In this document: positions 34,160 through 43,829 of the stretch, piece by piece
How the letters are laid out: each line of letters begins with the position of its first letter
How positions within the stretch are numbered: the first letter of the stretch is position 1
Assembly: GCA_934772525.1 (NCBI GenBank)
Contig: CAKVMI010000001.1
Location: forward strand, 54,613 to 118,612
Length of the DNA stretch: 64,000 bases
Reading direction: 5' to 3'
Source of the DNA: an uncultured Clostridia bacterium
Lineage (GTDB): Bacteria > Bacillota > Clostridia > Christensenellales > UBA1242
Translations under genes and position numbers: made by a program
The notes under the pieces: generated by a model
Seen by the model: the letters and a program-made list of their open reading frames with translations, nothing else
Database searches by the model: none
Told to the model about the DNA's origin: nothing

Positions 34160-37100
34160 ATGTCAAAAAATGAAATTAAAAATTATAAGATTGGGCTAGA
34201 TATTGGAACGAACAGTGTGGGTTGGGCTTGTATAGATGATGGAAACGCAATAGTTAGGCATAATGGAAAACTAATGTGGGGGTCACGCCTTTTTGATGAA
34301 GCTGAAAGCAAAAAGAATAGACGAGGATTTAGAGCAACACGTAGACGCTTATATAGAAGAAGGGGTAGATTAAACGAGTTAAATAGAATAGTTAAGCCAG
34401 AAATGGATAAAGTCGACCCAGAATTCTTTAATAAGATGAACGAATCTTTTTTAGTTAGGGAAGATAGAAATTGGTCTTTGCAATTCTTTGGAAATAAAGA
34501 AGAACGCAACAAATTAATGTATATAAAGGATGAGAACAATAAAGCGTACCAGAAAAATATTTATTTAATACGTAAAGAATGTATGCAAGACAAGCAAGTA
34601 GATTTTAGGCTAGTATATTTGTGTTTGCATCATATTATGAAATACCGTGGAAACTTTTTGTATGAAGATAGTCAAGTAGAAAACGCTAATGGTTCAAGAG
34701 ATTTGATGATTCAAACAATGGTTGATTTGAATGAAGCATTTTTGAACTATTGTGATTGTGATTTAGGATTTGATAAATTAAGCGAACAAATTGTTGATAA
34801 GCTTTTAGACCAAAAAATTTTAACAAAAATTAAATATGAACAGATTAAAGATTTGCTATGTGATTATCAAAAGAATGAAATAGGAAGTGTAAAGTTATCG
34901 TCAGAAGTTAAATCTACTATTGAAAATGTTGTAAAACTAATAGTTGGATATAAGGGAGATTTATTGAAGATTTTTCCTACTTCGTTTAACGAAAACTGTG
35001 AACTATATATAAGCCGCTTAGATGATAAGCAAAGTGAAATAGAACAAGCATTAGGTGAAAAATACATAATTGTCGAATTAATTGCAAAAATAAATTCAGC
35101 ATATACATTTAATGCTATTTTAGATGGCGAAGAATACATAAGTTACGCAAAGGTAAAATCATTTTATACACACAAAGAGCATTTAAATTTATTGAAGTCT
35201 TTATTAAAATATGAAAACTATAAGTATTTTTCTAGACAAGAATATGAAGCAATGTTTAATGAACCAGTAGAAGAAGTAGAGAAAAAATCGGCACAAGACG
35301 AACAAGATTTGGATAATAAGAAAAAGAAAATACCTGCAAATTATTATAACTATATCAACAATCATAAATTGGCTGGTCAAGATGAATTTTATAAGTTTGT
35401 AAGAAAAATGCTTGATAATAGAACGGGCTTAGATGATAATGCACTTGCAATGAAAGACAGAATAATAAGTTTAATTGAAAACAACGAATTTATGCCAATT
35501 CAGACTACAACTGAAAATGGAGCAATACCAATGCAATTGCATAGAAAAGAACTAAGTAAAATTATTGATATGCAAGGTAAGTACTATCCAGTGTTGAAAG
35601 AAAATAAAGAAAGATTGCTGAAGTTATTTAGTTTTAAAATACCATATTATTATGGACCATTAAATAGTGAAAGCAGTTTCTCTTGGATAGTAAAAACAAA
35701 AGATGAAAGTAGTCAAGAAAAAACTTTAAATGAAACTATTAATTATCTAAATTTTGATAATGACGATGTGGTAGACAAAGACGAAACGCAAAAAAGATTT
35801 ATAGAAAGAATGCTAAATACATGCGAATATCTTTATGGTGAGAAGTGTATGCCAAAAAATAGTATAACATGTGAAATGTTTGACTGCTTGCAAGAACTAA
35901 ATGGAATAAAGGTTGATGGCGAATACTTGCCATATGCAACAAAACAAAATTACATTATGGAAGTGCTAAAATCTAGTTCCAAAATTGGTTACACTCCACA
36001 AGGTTTGCAAAAATTTTTAGCGAGCCAAGAAGGTTATATTGGAAAAGAAAATAAAATAAGTGGTACAAGCGAAAATGATAAATTCAATTCGTCATTAAAG
36101 ACTTTTAAGTTTTTCACAAGTGAAATAGGTGTTCCTTTACAAAATATTCAAGCTAACTTATATAAATTTGATGAACTTTGTAGAGATATGACTATATTTA
36201 AAGAGGGCGAGAGTAGAAAAACAAGATTAAATAAATATATTAGCATTTTGCCAAGTAATGAAAAAAGAATTGTAGACAAAGTCTTGAAACATAAATTTGA
36301 TGGCTGGAGCAGATTAAGTAGAAAACTTGTGCTAGGAATAAAGGATAGTAAAGGAAGGTCTATTTTAGATTATTTATGGGAATTTGATTACGTAACCGAA
36401 GGCGGTAAGCGTATACCTCCAAAATTAATGAACTTAATTGCAAGTGACAAGTATGAATTTAAGGCGATTATAGAAGAATACCAAGAAAAATACCATGAAG
36501 CAAATAGTAGTAGTTTAACTAGTGTTATTGAAGAATCTTATTGTTCGCCTCCTGTAAAAAGAGCAACTGTTCAAGCTATTAAATTAGTAAATGAAATAGT
36601 AAGTATTTTAAAATGTGAACCAAGTAGAATTTGTGTGGAGTTTTCTAGCGATAGTCAAAGTAAGGAAGAGAACAATTCTAGACACAATCAGTTAAAAAAG
36701 CTTTATGAGAATATACAAAAAGAAGTAGATGAATATAACAAAACCATAGAAGAAAATGATAAAATTGATTTAAAGGAACTAAAGAGCAAACTTGATAGGC
36801 AGAAAGATAAATTGTCAGATGAAAAAGTTTATTTGTATTTTATTCAACTTGGGAAAAGTTTATACTCTGGGGCTCCATTAAACTTAGACCAGCCACAAAC
36901 TTACGAAGTTGACCATATTATACCAAGGTCAATTATTGTTGATGATAGTATAGATAATAAGGCACTGGTACTAAAAGGCGAGAATCAAGATAAAAAGGAA
37001 ACTTGTTTTGTAGAATATCAAGAGAATAAATATAACGCAAAAGTTTATAGTAAACACTCCATTGAAACATATTGGAATTATCTTAAAAGTAACAAATTGA

Positions 37101-38518
37101 TGACCGAGAAAAAGTATGGCAAACTTCATGCGGACTTTAGAGAATCAGGGGTTTTAAATGGATTTATCAATAGGCAGTTAGTTGAAACAAGACAAGCTAT
37201 AAAATTGGTTATAGAACTTTTAAAGCAAAGATATCCGGATGAAATTATTAAAGACACAAATAAGGTATATCATAAAGTTGTTGCTGTTAACGCATCGTTA
37301 AGCTCTGCATACAGAGGTATGAATAATATTTATAAATTGCGAAATGTAAATGACTATCATCATGCTCATGATGCATACCTAGCGGGTGTAATTGGAGATT
37401 TCGTTTATAATAAATTTGACTATTTAAACGACGCTTATTACTATTCAGCAAAGACAAATAAGTCTAAAAACTATTTTTATTATAAAAACATTAAAGATGG
37501 AGAGTTTGGTGCGATAATAAACCTTTTACGAAATGATGTTATGAATTTTAATACTGGTGAATCTTGTTGGTGTGCGGAGTGGAACAAAAAAATAAGAGAA
37601 ACTATATATAATGAAAAGTGTTTTATTTCTACTAAAAACGAGAACAAGGCTAGTGGCGAGTTTTGGGGTGCAACCATAAATAAAAAAGCAGATTCGAAAG
37701 ATGCAAAACTGGTGGCAGTTAATAAAAAGCGTAGCGATATAAGTAAGTATGGTGGATATACAGGCCAAAATATGGCCTGCTCAGTAATAGTTAAAATTGA
37801 ACAAAAGAAAAATGGCAAAAATGTTGTATCTTATAAACTTCGACCAATATACAAAATTGATGTGGTAAGAGCAAAAAATCAAAATTTGGAACTTGACGAG
37901 TATATAAATAAGAAAATATTAAAAAACACAGATGAAATAGAGCAAACTGTTGTTGCCAAATTGTATGAAAACCAGTTGCTTGAAATTAATGGTCATCCAG
38001 TTTTAAAAAATGGTGATTATTACGAAAACGCTAAGCAGTTGATGCTATGTGAAGATGTTTGTAAATTTCTATATTGCATAAAAGATAATAAAATAAATTA
38101 TAAAGTTTATGCGGATAAACAAAAATCTATTGAAGGACAAGTAGATAACATAAAAGAAATGTTAAATGTAGAAGCAAATGAAGTTTATGACAACATTATA
38201 AATCAATTTGCAACTAAATATAAAAATATGTTAAGAGCGGATGGAGTAATTAAAAAGCTTTTTGAATTTAAAGAAAAATTTGAGTTGCTAGCATTAGAGC
38301 AAAAAATATTTATTATTAACAATATTTTTAGTTTTATTAGAAAAGGAAGAATTAACTTTAAATCAAATGGTTATGCCGAACTTGGAAGTGCATTTGGAAG
38401 GATTCAAATAATGTCAAAAGACTTCAATTTTTCAGATAAAAGCATTGCCATTATAAACAAGTCAGTTACGGGATATTATCAAAATAGGATAGTAGTAGTA
38501 AACAATAGAAACAAATAA
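34160..38518 (+). CDS. cas9: Cas9 endonuclease, type II-A (1452 aa)
   Basis: RuvC-I IGLDIGTNSVGWA. Arg-rich bridge helix RRGFRATRRRLYRRRGR. RuvC-II ICVEF. HNH YEVDHIIPRS...DNKALV. RuvC-III NDYHHAHDAYL. Followed by cas1-cas2-csn2. Confidence 0.95.
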   Translation: MSKNEIKNYKIGLDIGTNSVGWACIDDGNAIVRHNGKLMWGSRLFDEAESKKNRRGFRATRRRLYRRRGRLNELNRIVKPEMDKVDPEFFNKMNESFLVREDRNWSLQFFGNKEERNKLMYIKDENNKAYQKNIYLIRKECMQDKQVDFRLVYLCLHHIMKYRGNFLYEDSQVENANGSRDLMIQTMVDLNEAFLNYCDCDLGFDKLSEQIVDKLLDQKILTKIKYEQIKDLLCDYQKNEIGSVKLSSEVKSTIENVVKLIVGYKGDLLKIFPTSFNENCELYISRLDDKQSEIEQALGEKYIIVELIAKINSAYTFNAILDGEEYISYAKVKSFYTHKEHLNLLKSLLKYENYKYFSRQEYEAMFNEPVEEVEKKSAQDEQDLDNKKKKIPANYYNYINNHKLAGQDEFYKFVRKMLDNRTGLDDNALAMKDRIISLIENNEFMPIQTTTENGAIPMQLHRKELSKIIDMQGKYYPVLKENKERLLKLFSFKIPYYYGPLNSESSFSWIVKTKDESSQEKTLNETINYLNFDNDDVVDKDETQKRFIERMLNTCEYLYGEKCMPKNSITCEMFDCLQELNGIKVDGEYLPYATKQNYIMEVLKSSSKIGYTPQGLQKFLASQEGYIGKENKISGTSENDKFNSSLKTFKFFTSEIGVPLQNIQANLYKFDELCRDMTIFKEGESRKTRLNKYISILPSNEKRIVDKVLKHKFDGWSRLSRKLVLGIKDSKGRSILDYLWEFDYVTEGGKRIPPKLMNLIASDKYEFKAIIEEYQEKYHEANSSSLTSVIEESYCSPPVKRATVQAIKLVNEIVSILKCEPSRICVEFSSDSQSKEENNSRHNQLKKLYENIQKEVDEYNKTIEENDKIDLKELKSKLDRQKDKLSDEKVYLYFIQLGKSLYSGAPLNLDQPQTYEVDHIIPRSIIVDDSIDNKALVLKGENQDKKETCFVEYQENKYNAKVYSKHSIETYWNYLKSNKLMTEKKYGKLHADFRESGVLNGFINRQLVETRQAIKLVIELLKQRYPDEIIKDTNKVYHKVVAVNASLSSAYRGMNNIYKLRNVNDYHHAHDAYLAGVIGDFVYNKFDYLNDAYYYSAKTNKSKNYFYYKNIKDGEFGAIINLLRNDVMNFNTGESCWCAEWNKKIRETIYNEKCFISTKNENKASGEFWGATINKKADSKDAKLVAVNKKRSDISKYGGYTGQNMACSVIVKIEQKKNGKNVVSYKLRPIYKIDVVRAKNQNLELDEYINKKILKNTDEIEQTVVAKLYENQLLEINGHPVLKNGDYYENAKQLMLCEDVCKFLYCIKDNKINYKVYADKQKSIEGQVDNIKEMLNVEANEVYDNIINQFATKYKNMLRADGVIKKLFEFKEKFELLALEQKIFIINNIFSFIRKGRINFKSNGYAELGSAFGRIQIMSKDFNFSDKSIAIINKSVTGYYQNRIVVVNNRNK

Positions 38519-38531
38519 GGATGAATTAGCT

Positions 38532-39401
38532 ATGGGATGGAGAACTATCATTTTAACTAATCCATGTAGACTAAATTATAAAAATAATTTTTTGCAAATT
38601 AGGGCCGATGAATTGAAAATGGTTCATTTGTCTGAAATTAGTACAATAATACTTGAAAATAGTCAAATCTCATTATCTAATTATTTGTTAAATGAATTAA
38701 TAAAAAACAAGATTCAAGTAATCTTTTGTGATGAAAGGCATAATCCCACAGCGGAGGTTATGCCTTTTTACGCTAGCTTTAATAGTTCTAAAAAGATTAT
38801 GCAACAAATTAATTGGATTGAAGAAAGAAAAAAGGTGTTAAACACCTATATAATAAAAAATAAAATAGAGAATCAGAGAAGGTTTTTAGAATTAAATGGG
38901 AAAGATGAACACGTAATGCTTAAAAATTACATTGACGAGTTAGAGTTTGATGATGTTACAAATAGGGAAGGGCATTCTGCAAAAGTGTATTTTAATGCTT
39001 TATTTGAAAAAAGTTTTACCAGAGATACAGAAAACCAAATAAATGCAATGCTAGATTATGGGTATACAATAATTTTGTCGTGTTTTAACAGGACTATTGT
39101 TTCGCTTGGGTACCTAACACAACTTGGTATTAATCATAAAAATGAGTTTAATGAATTCAATTTTTCATGTGATTTAATGGAGCCTTTTAGGGTTTTAGTT
39201 GACGAATTTGCTTACCAAAATGTTGGTAATGTTTTAGATATGGAAAATAAACACAGAATAGTCGATATACTAAATGAAAAAAGAAATTATGAAGGGAAGG
39301 AGCAATATGTTTCTAATATTGTTAAACGATTTGTGGAAAATTGTATAGCATTTTTAAATGGTTCAACAAATGAATATATTGCATTTGAATATGAGTTATA
39401 G
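38532..39401 (+). CDS. cas1: Cas1 integrase (type II)
   Basis: MGWRTIILTN start; NREGHSAKVYFNALF; GINHKNEFNEFNFSCDLMEPFR. Confidence 0.9.
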   Translation: MGWRTIILTNPCRLNYKNNFLQIRADELKMVHLSEISTIILENSQISLSNYLLNELIKNKIQVIFCDERHNPTAEVMPFYASFNSSKKIMQQINWIEERKKVLNTYIIKNKIENQRRFLELNGKDEHVMLKNYIDELEFDDVTNREGHSAKVYFNALFEKSFTRDTENQINAMLDYGYTIILSCFNRTIVSLGYLTQLGINHKNEFNEFNFSCDLMEPFRVLVDEFAYQNVGNVLDMENKHRIVDILNEKRNYEGKEQYVSNIVKRFVENCIAFLNGSTNEYIAFEYEL

Positions 39402-39711
39402 ATTTATGAGATTAATTGTTATGTTTGATTTGCCGGTTACAAAGGCTAGTTTACTAAAAGAATATACTGCTTTTAGAAAGTTTTTAATTAAAGAAGGTTT
39501 TATTATGATGCAAGAATCGGTATATACAAAATTGTTGTTAAATGCAACCAATCTAGATTTGCTTTATGCTAGAATAGATAAAAATAAGCCAAGTAGTGGG
39601 ATTGTGCAACTTTTAAAAGTTACCGAAAAACAATACTCAGAAATAAAATATTTAGTTGGTAAAAAACAAGAAACTATTGAAGAAAGTGATAAAAGGTTGG
39701 TGATATTTTGA
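39391..39711 (+). CDS. cas2: Cas2
   Basis: MSYRFMRLIVMFDLPV is typical of the type II Cas2 N-terminus. Start moved to the ATG at 39391, overlapping the cas1 end by 11 nt. Confidence 0.85.
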   Translation: MSYRFMRLIVMFDLPVTKASLLKEYTAFRKFLIKEGFIMMQESVYTKLLLNATNLDLLYARIDKNKPSSGIVQLLKVTEKQYSEIKYLVGKKQETIEESDKRLVIF

Positions 39712-40394
39712 ATTTTAAAATATTTGGTTTAGAAAATGAATTGCCGATAATTAGGGGCGTAAATTGTTTATGTATTGAAAATAAGTCATTTTATCAAAAA
39801 TTTGTCTATCAGCTTTTAAATGGGGAAGGTGAAGGAAATTTTTGTTTGGTTGATGATGGTATAATGGTGGAAGATATTAATAAATATTTTGAAATAATTG
39901 TAAACCCATTTAGTATAAAGTTGGATGACAAAAAATTAGTAAATGCGTTTTATAAAGAACTATCCGCTCAGATTGTTGCCGACGATGAAGTGTATAGTGA
40001 AATCATTAATAAAGTTAGCGAAATACAAAATTTGCTAGAAAGCGTTGAGTCCGATTTAGATTTCGAAATTGAAACCAATGAAAATATTGCAGATATTTTA
40101 AAATATTTCAATGTATCAATTAAGAAAGAAGGGAATACATTGCTAGATAATCTGTATCAATATATTGATTTATACTCTAGATGGATAAAGGGTAATATGT
40201 TGTTATTTTTTAATTGCTTGAGTTTATTGGATGATAATGCAATTAAAGAATTACATAAATATGCAAAATACCATAACATTTCGATTTTCTTTGTTGAAAT
40301 GAATTCGGTGGAATGTAGGGGTATTAATAAGTTAAAAATATATGATGATTTCTCCGATTCGCTTGATTTGGCCGTAGAAGATGTGCTACAATAA
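39708..40394 (+). CDS. csn2: Csn2 (type II-A signature adaptation protein, 228 aa)
   Basis: Position between cas2 and the array. Size and sequence pattern resemble short-form Csn2 (MNFKIFGLENELPIIRG...LLFFNCLSLLD). TTG start overlaps the cas2 stop. Confidence 0.8.
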   Translation: MNFKIFGLENELPIIRGVNCLCIENKSFYQKFVYQLLNGEGEGNFCLVDDGIMVEDINKYFEIIVNPFSIKLDDKKLVNAFYKELSAQIVADDEVYSEIINKVSEIQNLLESVESDLDFEIETNENIADILKYFNVSIKKEGNTLLDNLYQYIDLYSRWIKGNMLLFFNCLSLLDDNAIKELHKYAKYHNISIFFVEMNSVECRGINKLKIYDDFSDSLDLAVEDVLQ

Positions 40395-40454
40395 TTGTAA
40401 TATTACATATACCATTCAATATAGCAAGTGTAGTGGCTTGTACATTAATTTGAG

Positions 40455-42078
40455 GTTTTAGATTAATGTAATATTAAATGGTATTAAAACAATAAGCAAA
40501 TGATGTTTAGTAGAACCAGTAGTTTTAGATTAATGTAATATTAAATGGTATTAAAACATCAAAAAATCTCATTATGTTATCTTCTGTGTTTTAGATTAAT
40601 GTAATATTAAATGGTATTAAAACTATTCTTTGGAAGATGATACAAGAACTTTCGTTTTAGATTAATGTAATATTAAATGGTATTAAAACAAAAACTATCA
40701 ATGGAGTTGAACGATTGGAAGTTTTAGATTAATGTAATATTAAATGGTATTAAAACAGTGAACTTAAACCAAACGCAAACAACCCGAGTTTTAGATTAAT
40801 GTAATATTAAATGGTATTAAAACATTCGATTTTGCTACCGACAATGAAAACATGTTTTAGATTAATGTAATATTAAATGGTATTAAAACAACAGAAAACA
40901 AAAATAAATGGAGGGAATTAGTTTTAGATTAATGTAATATTAAATGGTATTAAAACGTCAATCATATAAACTATGATTGTATCAAAGTTTTAGATTAATG
41001 TAATATTAAATGGTATTAAAACGTTTGCTTGTTTCTTCAATTCATATAGTTGGTTTTAGATTAATGTAATATTAAATGGTATTAAAACAATTTCTTTAAA
41101 ATTAATTTGATAAGGATAGTTTTAGATTAATGTAATATTAAATGGTATTAAAACCGCGTGGAATTCTTCTGGTTCGCTCTATGTGTTTTAGATTAATGTA
41201 ATATTAAATGGTATTAAAACGAAAATAAAGACGGAACTCACGGCGAGCATGTTTTAGATTAATGTAATATTAAATGGTATTAAAACTAACTATTTAACAG
41301 ATAGCATACTAGGTGGGTTTTAGATTAATGTAATATTAAATGGTATTAAAACTCAAATTATTACAATTGATTATATAACAGAGTTTTAGATTAATGTAAT
41401 ATTAAATGGTATTAAAACAAAATCAAAAAGTGCAGACAATTCAAAACTGTTTTAGATTAATGTAATATTAAATGGTATTAAAACTTTATTTTGTACTGCT
41501 GGTGTTGCTTTATCGTTTTAGATTAATGTAATATTAAATGGTATTAAAACAGCGTTAGCGAACACGACCCGCCCCTGCGAGTTTTAGATTAATGTAATAT
41601 TAAATGGTATTAAAACAAAAACTAATATTTCTTTTTCGCATAATTAGTTTTAGATTAATGTAATATTAAATGGTATTAAAACAGAAAAAATGGTATCCAC
41701 TTAACCAAATGAGTTTTAGATTAATGTAATATTAAATGGTATTAAAACTCTGCTTGTTGATTTTGTGCTATTTATTCCGTTTTAGATTAATGTAATATTA
41801 AATGGTATTAAAACAAAATCAAAAAGTGCAGACAATTCAAAAGTGTTTTAGATTAATGTAATATTAAATGGTATTAAAACTATTAAACTCTATAATAAGA
41901 CTATTGAAAGGTTTTAGATTAATGTAATATTAAATGGTATTAAAACGAACAAAAAGCGGTTAATACATCGCATTATGTTTTAGATTAATGTAATATTAAA
42001 TGGTATTAAAACTCTTTTCCACACATTTACTACCAAGTATGGGTTTTAGATTAGTGTAATAGATATATATTGGTTTGA
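40455..42078 (+). CRISPR. CRISPR array: 25 repeats (24 apparently identical plus 1 degenerate terminal copy) and 24 spacers
   Basis: Repeat GTTTTAGATTAATGTAATATTAAATGGTATTAAAAC (36 nt, 6/36 GC) with a 66-67 nt period and 30-31 nt spacers. The terminal copy at 42043 diverges after about 18 nt. A 60-nt leader (40395-40454) follows csn2. Confidence 0.97.
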
Positions 42079-42127
42079 TGTGTGAAATGAGTAGGTGTGA
42101 TTTTGATTGTGAGATAGAGTAAAAGTG

Positions 42128-42158
42128 TACCAGTAAATTTATATTTGCTGGTATTTTT
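42128..42158 (+). terminator. Terminator downstream of the CRISPR array
   Basis: Stem TACCAG / CTGGTA followed by TTTTT. Confidence 0.5.
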
Positions 42159-42459
42159 ATTTCAAAATTAATTTATAATTGTTGGGTATTTTGGATAGGA
42201 TGAGTCGGTGTATATATTTTATCGATATTGGATAATGTGGCTAAAAAATGTGATTTATTGGCTTATTTTAACAAGAAGCTTAGGTTGTAATTTTAATTTG
42301 TTTGATTTTGGTAGGTTTTGTGGTGCAAAAGTTAAGAATATATTTTTTGCAATAATTTTTGTAATTTATGTAAAAATTGCTTTTAAATTAATTCATAAAA
42401 TTAAAAGAAGATTAATAATGTATAATGTAAAATTACATTGTTTTTGGAGAATAAAATTT

Positions 42460-42573
42460 ATGAATAGAAGTGATTTAAAATTTAAGCAAAAAAAATTAGA
42501 CCAAGCAAAATTAGAAGAATTAGATGAAAGAATAGAGGAATATATAGAAACAAAAAGATTGATGAAAAAATAA
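42460..42573 (+). CDS. Hypothetical 37-aa charged helical peptide
   Basis: ATG preceded by GGAGA (8-9 nt). Sequence MNRSDLKFKQKKLDQAKLEELDERIEEYIETKRLMKK. The rest of the 121-aa track ORF looks non-coding. Confidence 0.3.
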   Translation: MNRSDLKFKQKKLDQAKLEELDERIEEYIETKRLMKK

Positions 42574-42584
42574 TAAAATAGTTG

Positions 42585-42613
42585 TTGATATTTAAAATAC
42601 GATATGATATAAT
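42585..42613 (+). promoter_or_regulatory. Promoter for the 376-aa orphan gene
   Basis: TTGATA, 17 nt spacer, TG-n-TATAAT. Confidence 0.55.
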
Positions 42614-42645
42614 GCGAATGAAATTAGAGATAGGGGTAAGCGTAT

Positions 42646-43776
42646 ATGCAAAAAAATGTTTTATATATGAATGCAAATATGATTACAGCACTTTATTGGA
42701 TAGGTGCAGATGAAGAAAACCGAGCTCCATTTTTAACGATGAAAGATATTAGTTTTCTTGCCTATAAGTTAAGCGTCGCACTTAGTAGGGTTAATAGTGG
42801 AATAGTAGAGATTTATCCAATAATGTTTGATTCTGTTGGTAGGGTATACAATCAGAACGGAATGTATTTTTCTTGGTCAATGGATTCTAGAATATATCCA
42901 TATCCAGAGCCATACGATAGGGATAAAGATATGGATGGAAGGTGGGCGTGTAAGCAGGTTTCGGAGTTGTTATTTGCAACCCTTGGCATGCATGATGTTT
43001 CTTGGTGTAAAAAAGTTGAGGCTATTGATGAGACAAAATACAAAAATGCTTGGATGAGTGAGGAGGGTGAAGAGCTTGAAGCAAGGCTTGGCGAAAGTGC
43101 CGAACTAAGAGAGTATTTGTTTAATAATTCAATAGCGGGTAAAGGTTATAATGAAGCTGAGCTTATTGGAATTAATACTGATTTGCTGAAACGTGATAGA
43201 TATGTCAACATACTGGAAGGCGAAAAATTTGATGGCCCATCGCGTGAAACTATTTACTTTTATGGAAGAGATATTGAAAAGGCCAATAAAATAATTCCTC
43301 GAGCAGAGAAGGAAAAAATAGAAGATGGTTTTAAGAAATATTATCGTGGTAGTTTAGTTTATAGCGAAGATTTTAAGATAAAGCAATTTACTTTAGCTAA
43401 TATTCCAGCGGGAGATTATAATTTTAACCTTTCGTTAATGGAGAGAGGATGTTCGCCAATTTCGGCGTTAGATTTTATAGATGCTATGAAATATGCTTGT
43501 AAAGATTTTGACCGTAGAGGCTATTCTGGTATAAATAGATCTGTTTGGAGAAATGGATTTAAGGATATGGCGGAGAATAAAAACAATTTCTTTACTGCAT
43601 TTGTAAAACTATCTCGTGAACAAAGACGAATAGAAATTGCGTATAAGTTAGGTGAACAAATCTATTATGAAGATGGTTCAAGTATGGAAGAAAAAATGGA
43701 TGAACTTACACGCAAACGTCGAAAGTTGCAAGAAGGCTACAAAAATGGCGAAGATGAGGTAGAAAGAATACTTTAA
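42646..43776 (+). CDS. Hypothetical protein (376 aa), no recognisable motifs
   Basis: Long ORF with its own promoter and a bidirectional terminator. By eye its composition is richer in G+C than its neighbours. Confidence 0.6.
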   Translation: MQKNVLYMNANMITALYWIGADEENRAPFLTMKDISFLAYKLSVALSRVNSGIVEIYPIMFDSVGRVYNQNGMYFSWSMDSRIYPYPEPYDRDKDMDGRWACKQVSELLFATLGMHDVSWCKKVEAIDETKYKNAWMSEEGEELEARLGESAELREYLFNNSIAGKGYNEAELIGINTDLLKRDRYVNILEGEKFDGPSRETIYFYGRDIEKANKIIPRAEKEKIEDGFKKYYRGSLVYSEDFKIKQFTLANIPAGDYNFNLSLMERGCSPISALDFIDAMKYACKDFDRRGYSGINRSVWRNGFKDMAENKNNFFTAFVKLSREQRRIEIAYKLGEQIYYEDGSSMEEKMDELTRKRRKLQEGYKNGEDEVERIL

Positions 43777-43783
43777 AATAATT

Positions 43784-43815
43784 TAAAAAAGTCTATTGAA
43801 TTTCAATAGACTTTT
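43784..43815. terminator. Bidirectional terminator between the orphan gene and typA
   Basis: Stem GTCTATTGAA / TTCAATAGAC flanked by an A-run and a T-run. Confidence 0.75.
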
Positions 43816-43829
43816 TAATTTGTTTAAAT

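Noticed and set aside
34183-37818. Several minus-strand ORFs inside cas9 (34183-34539, 34867-35139, 37480-37818, 37526-37768).
   Set aside because: They are antisense to a well-supported long CDS and have the low-complexity S/F/L/I-rich translations typical of shadow ORFs in AT-rich genes.
40396-40416. A repeat-like stretch in the CRISPR leader (TGTAATATTACATATACCATT) that could be a degenerate extra repeat or a second anti-repeat.
   Set aside because: Only the 10-nt TGTAATATTA core matches, and that core is built around a TAATATTA palindrome. The ATACCATT part is in the wrong order to pair with the repeat. In such AT-rich sequence this is most likely chance, or an old decayed repeat.
42208-42459. 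First 84 codons of the 121-aa track ORF downstream of the array.
   Set aside because: The translation is rich in F, I, Y and W, as expected for AT-rich non-coding DNA. There is no RBS at 42208. Only the last 37 codons have an RBS and protein-like composition.
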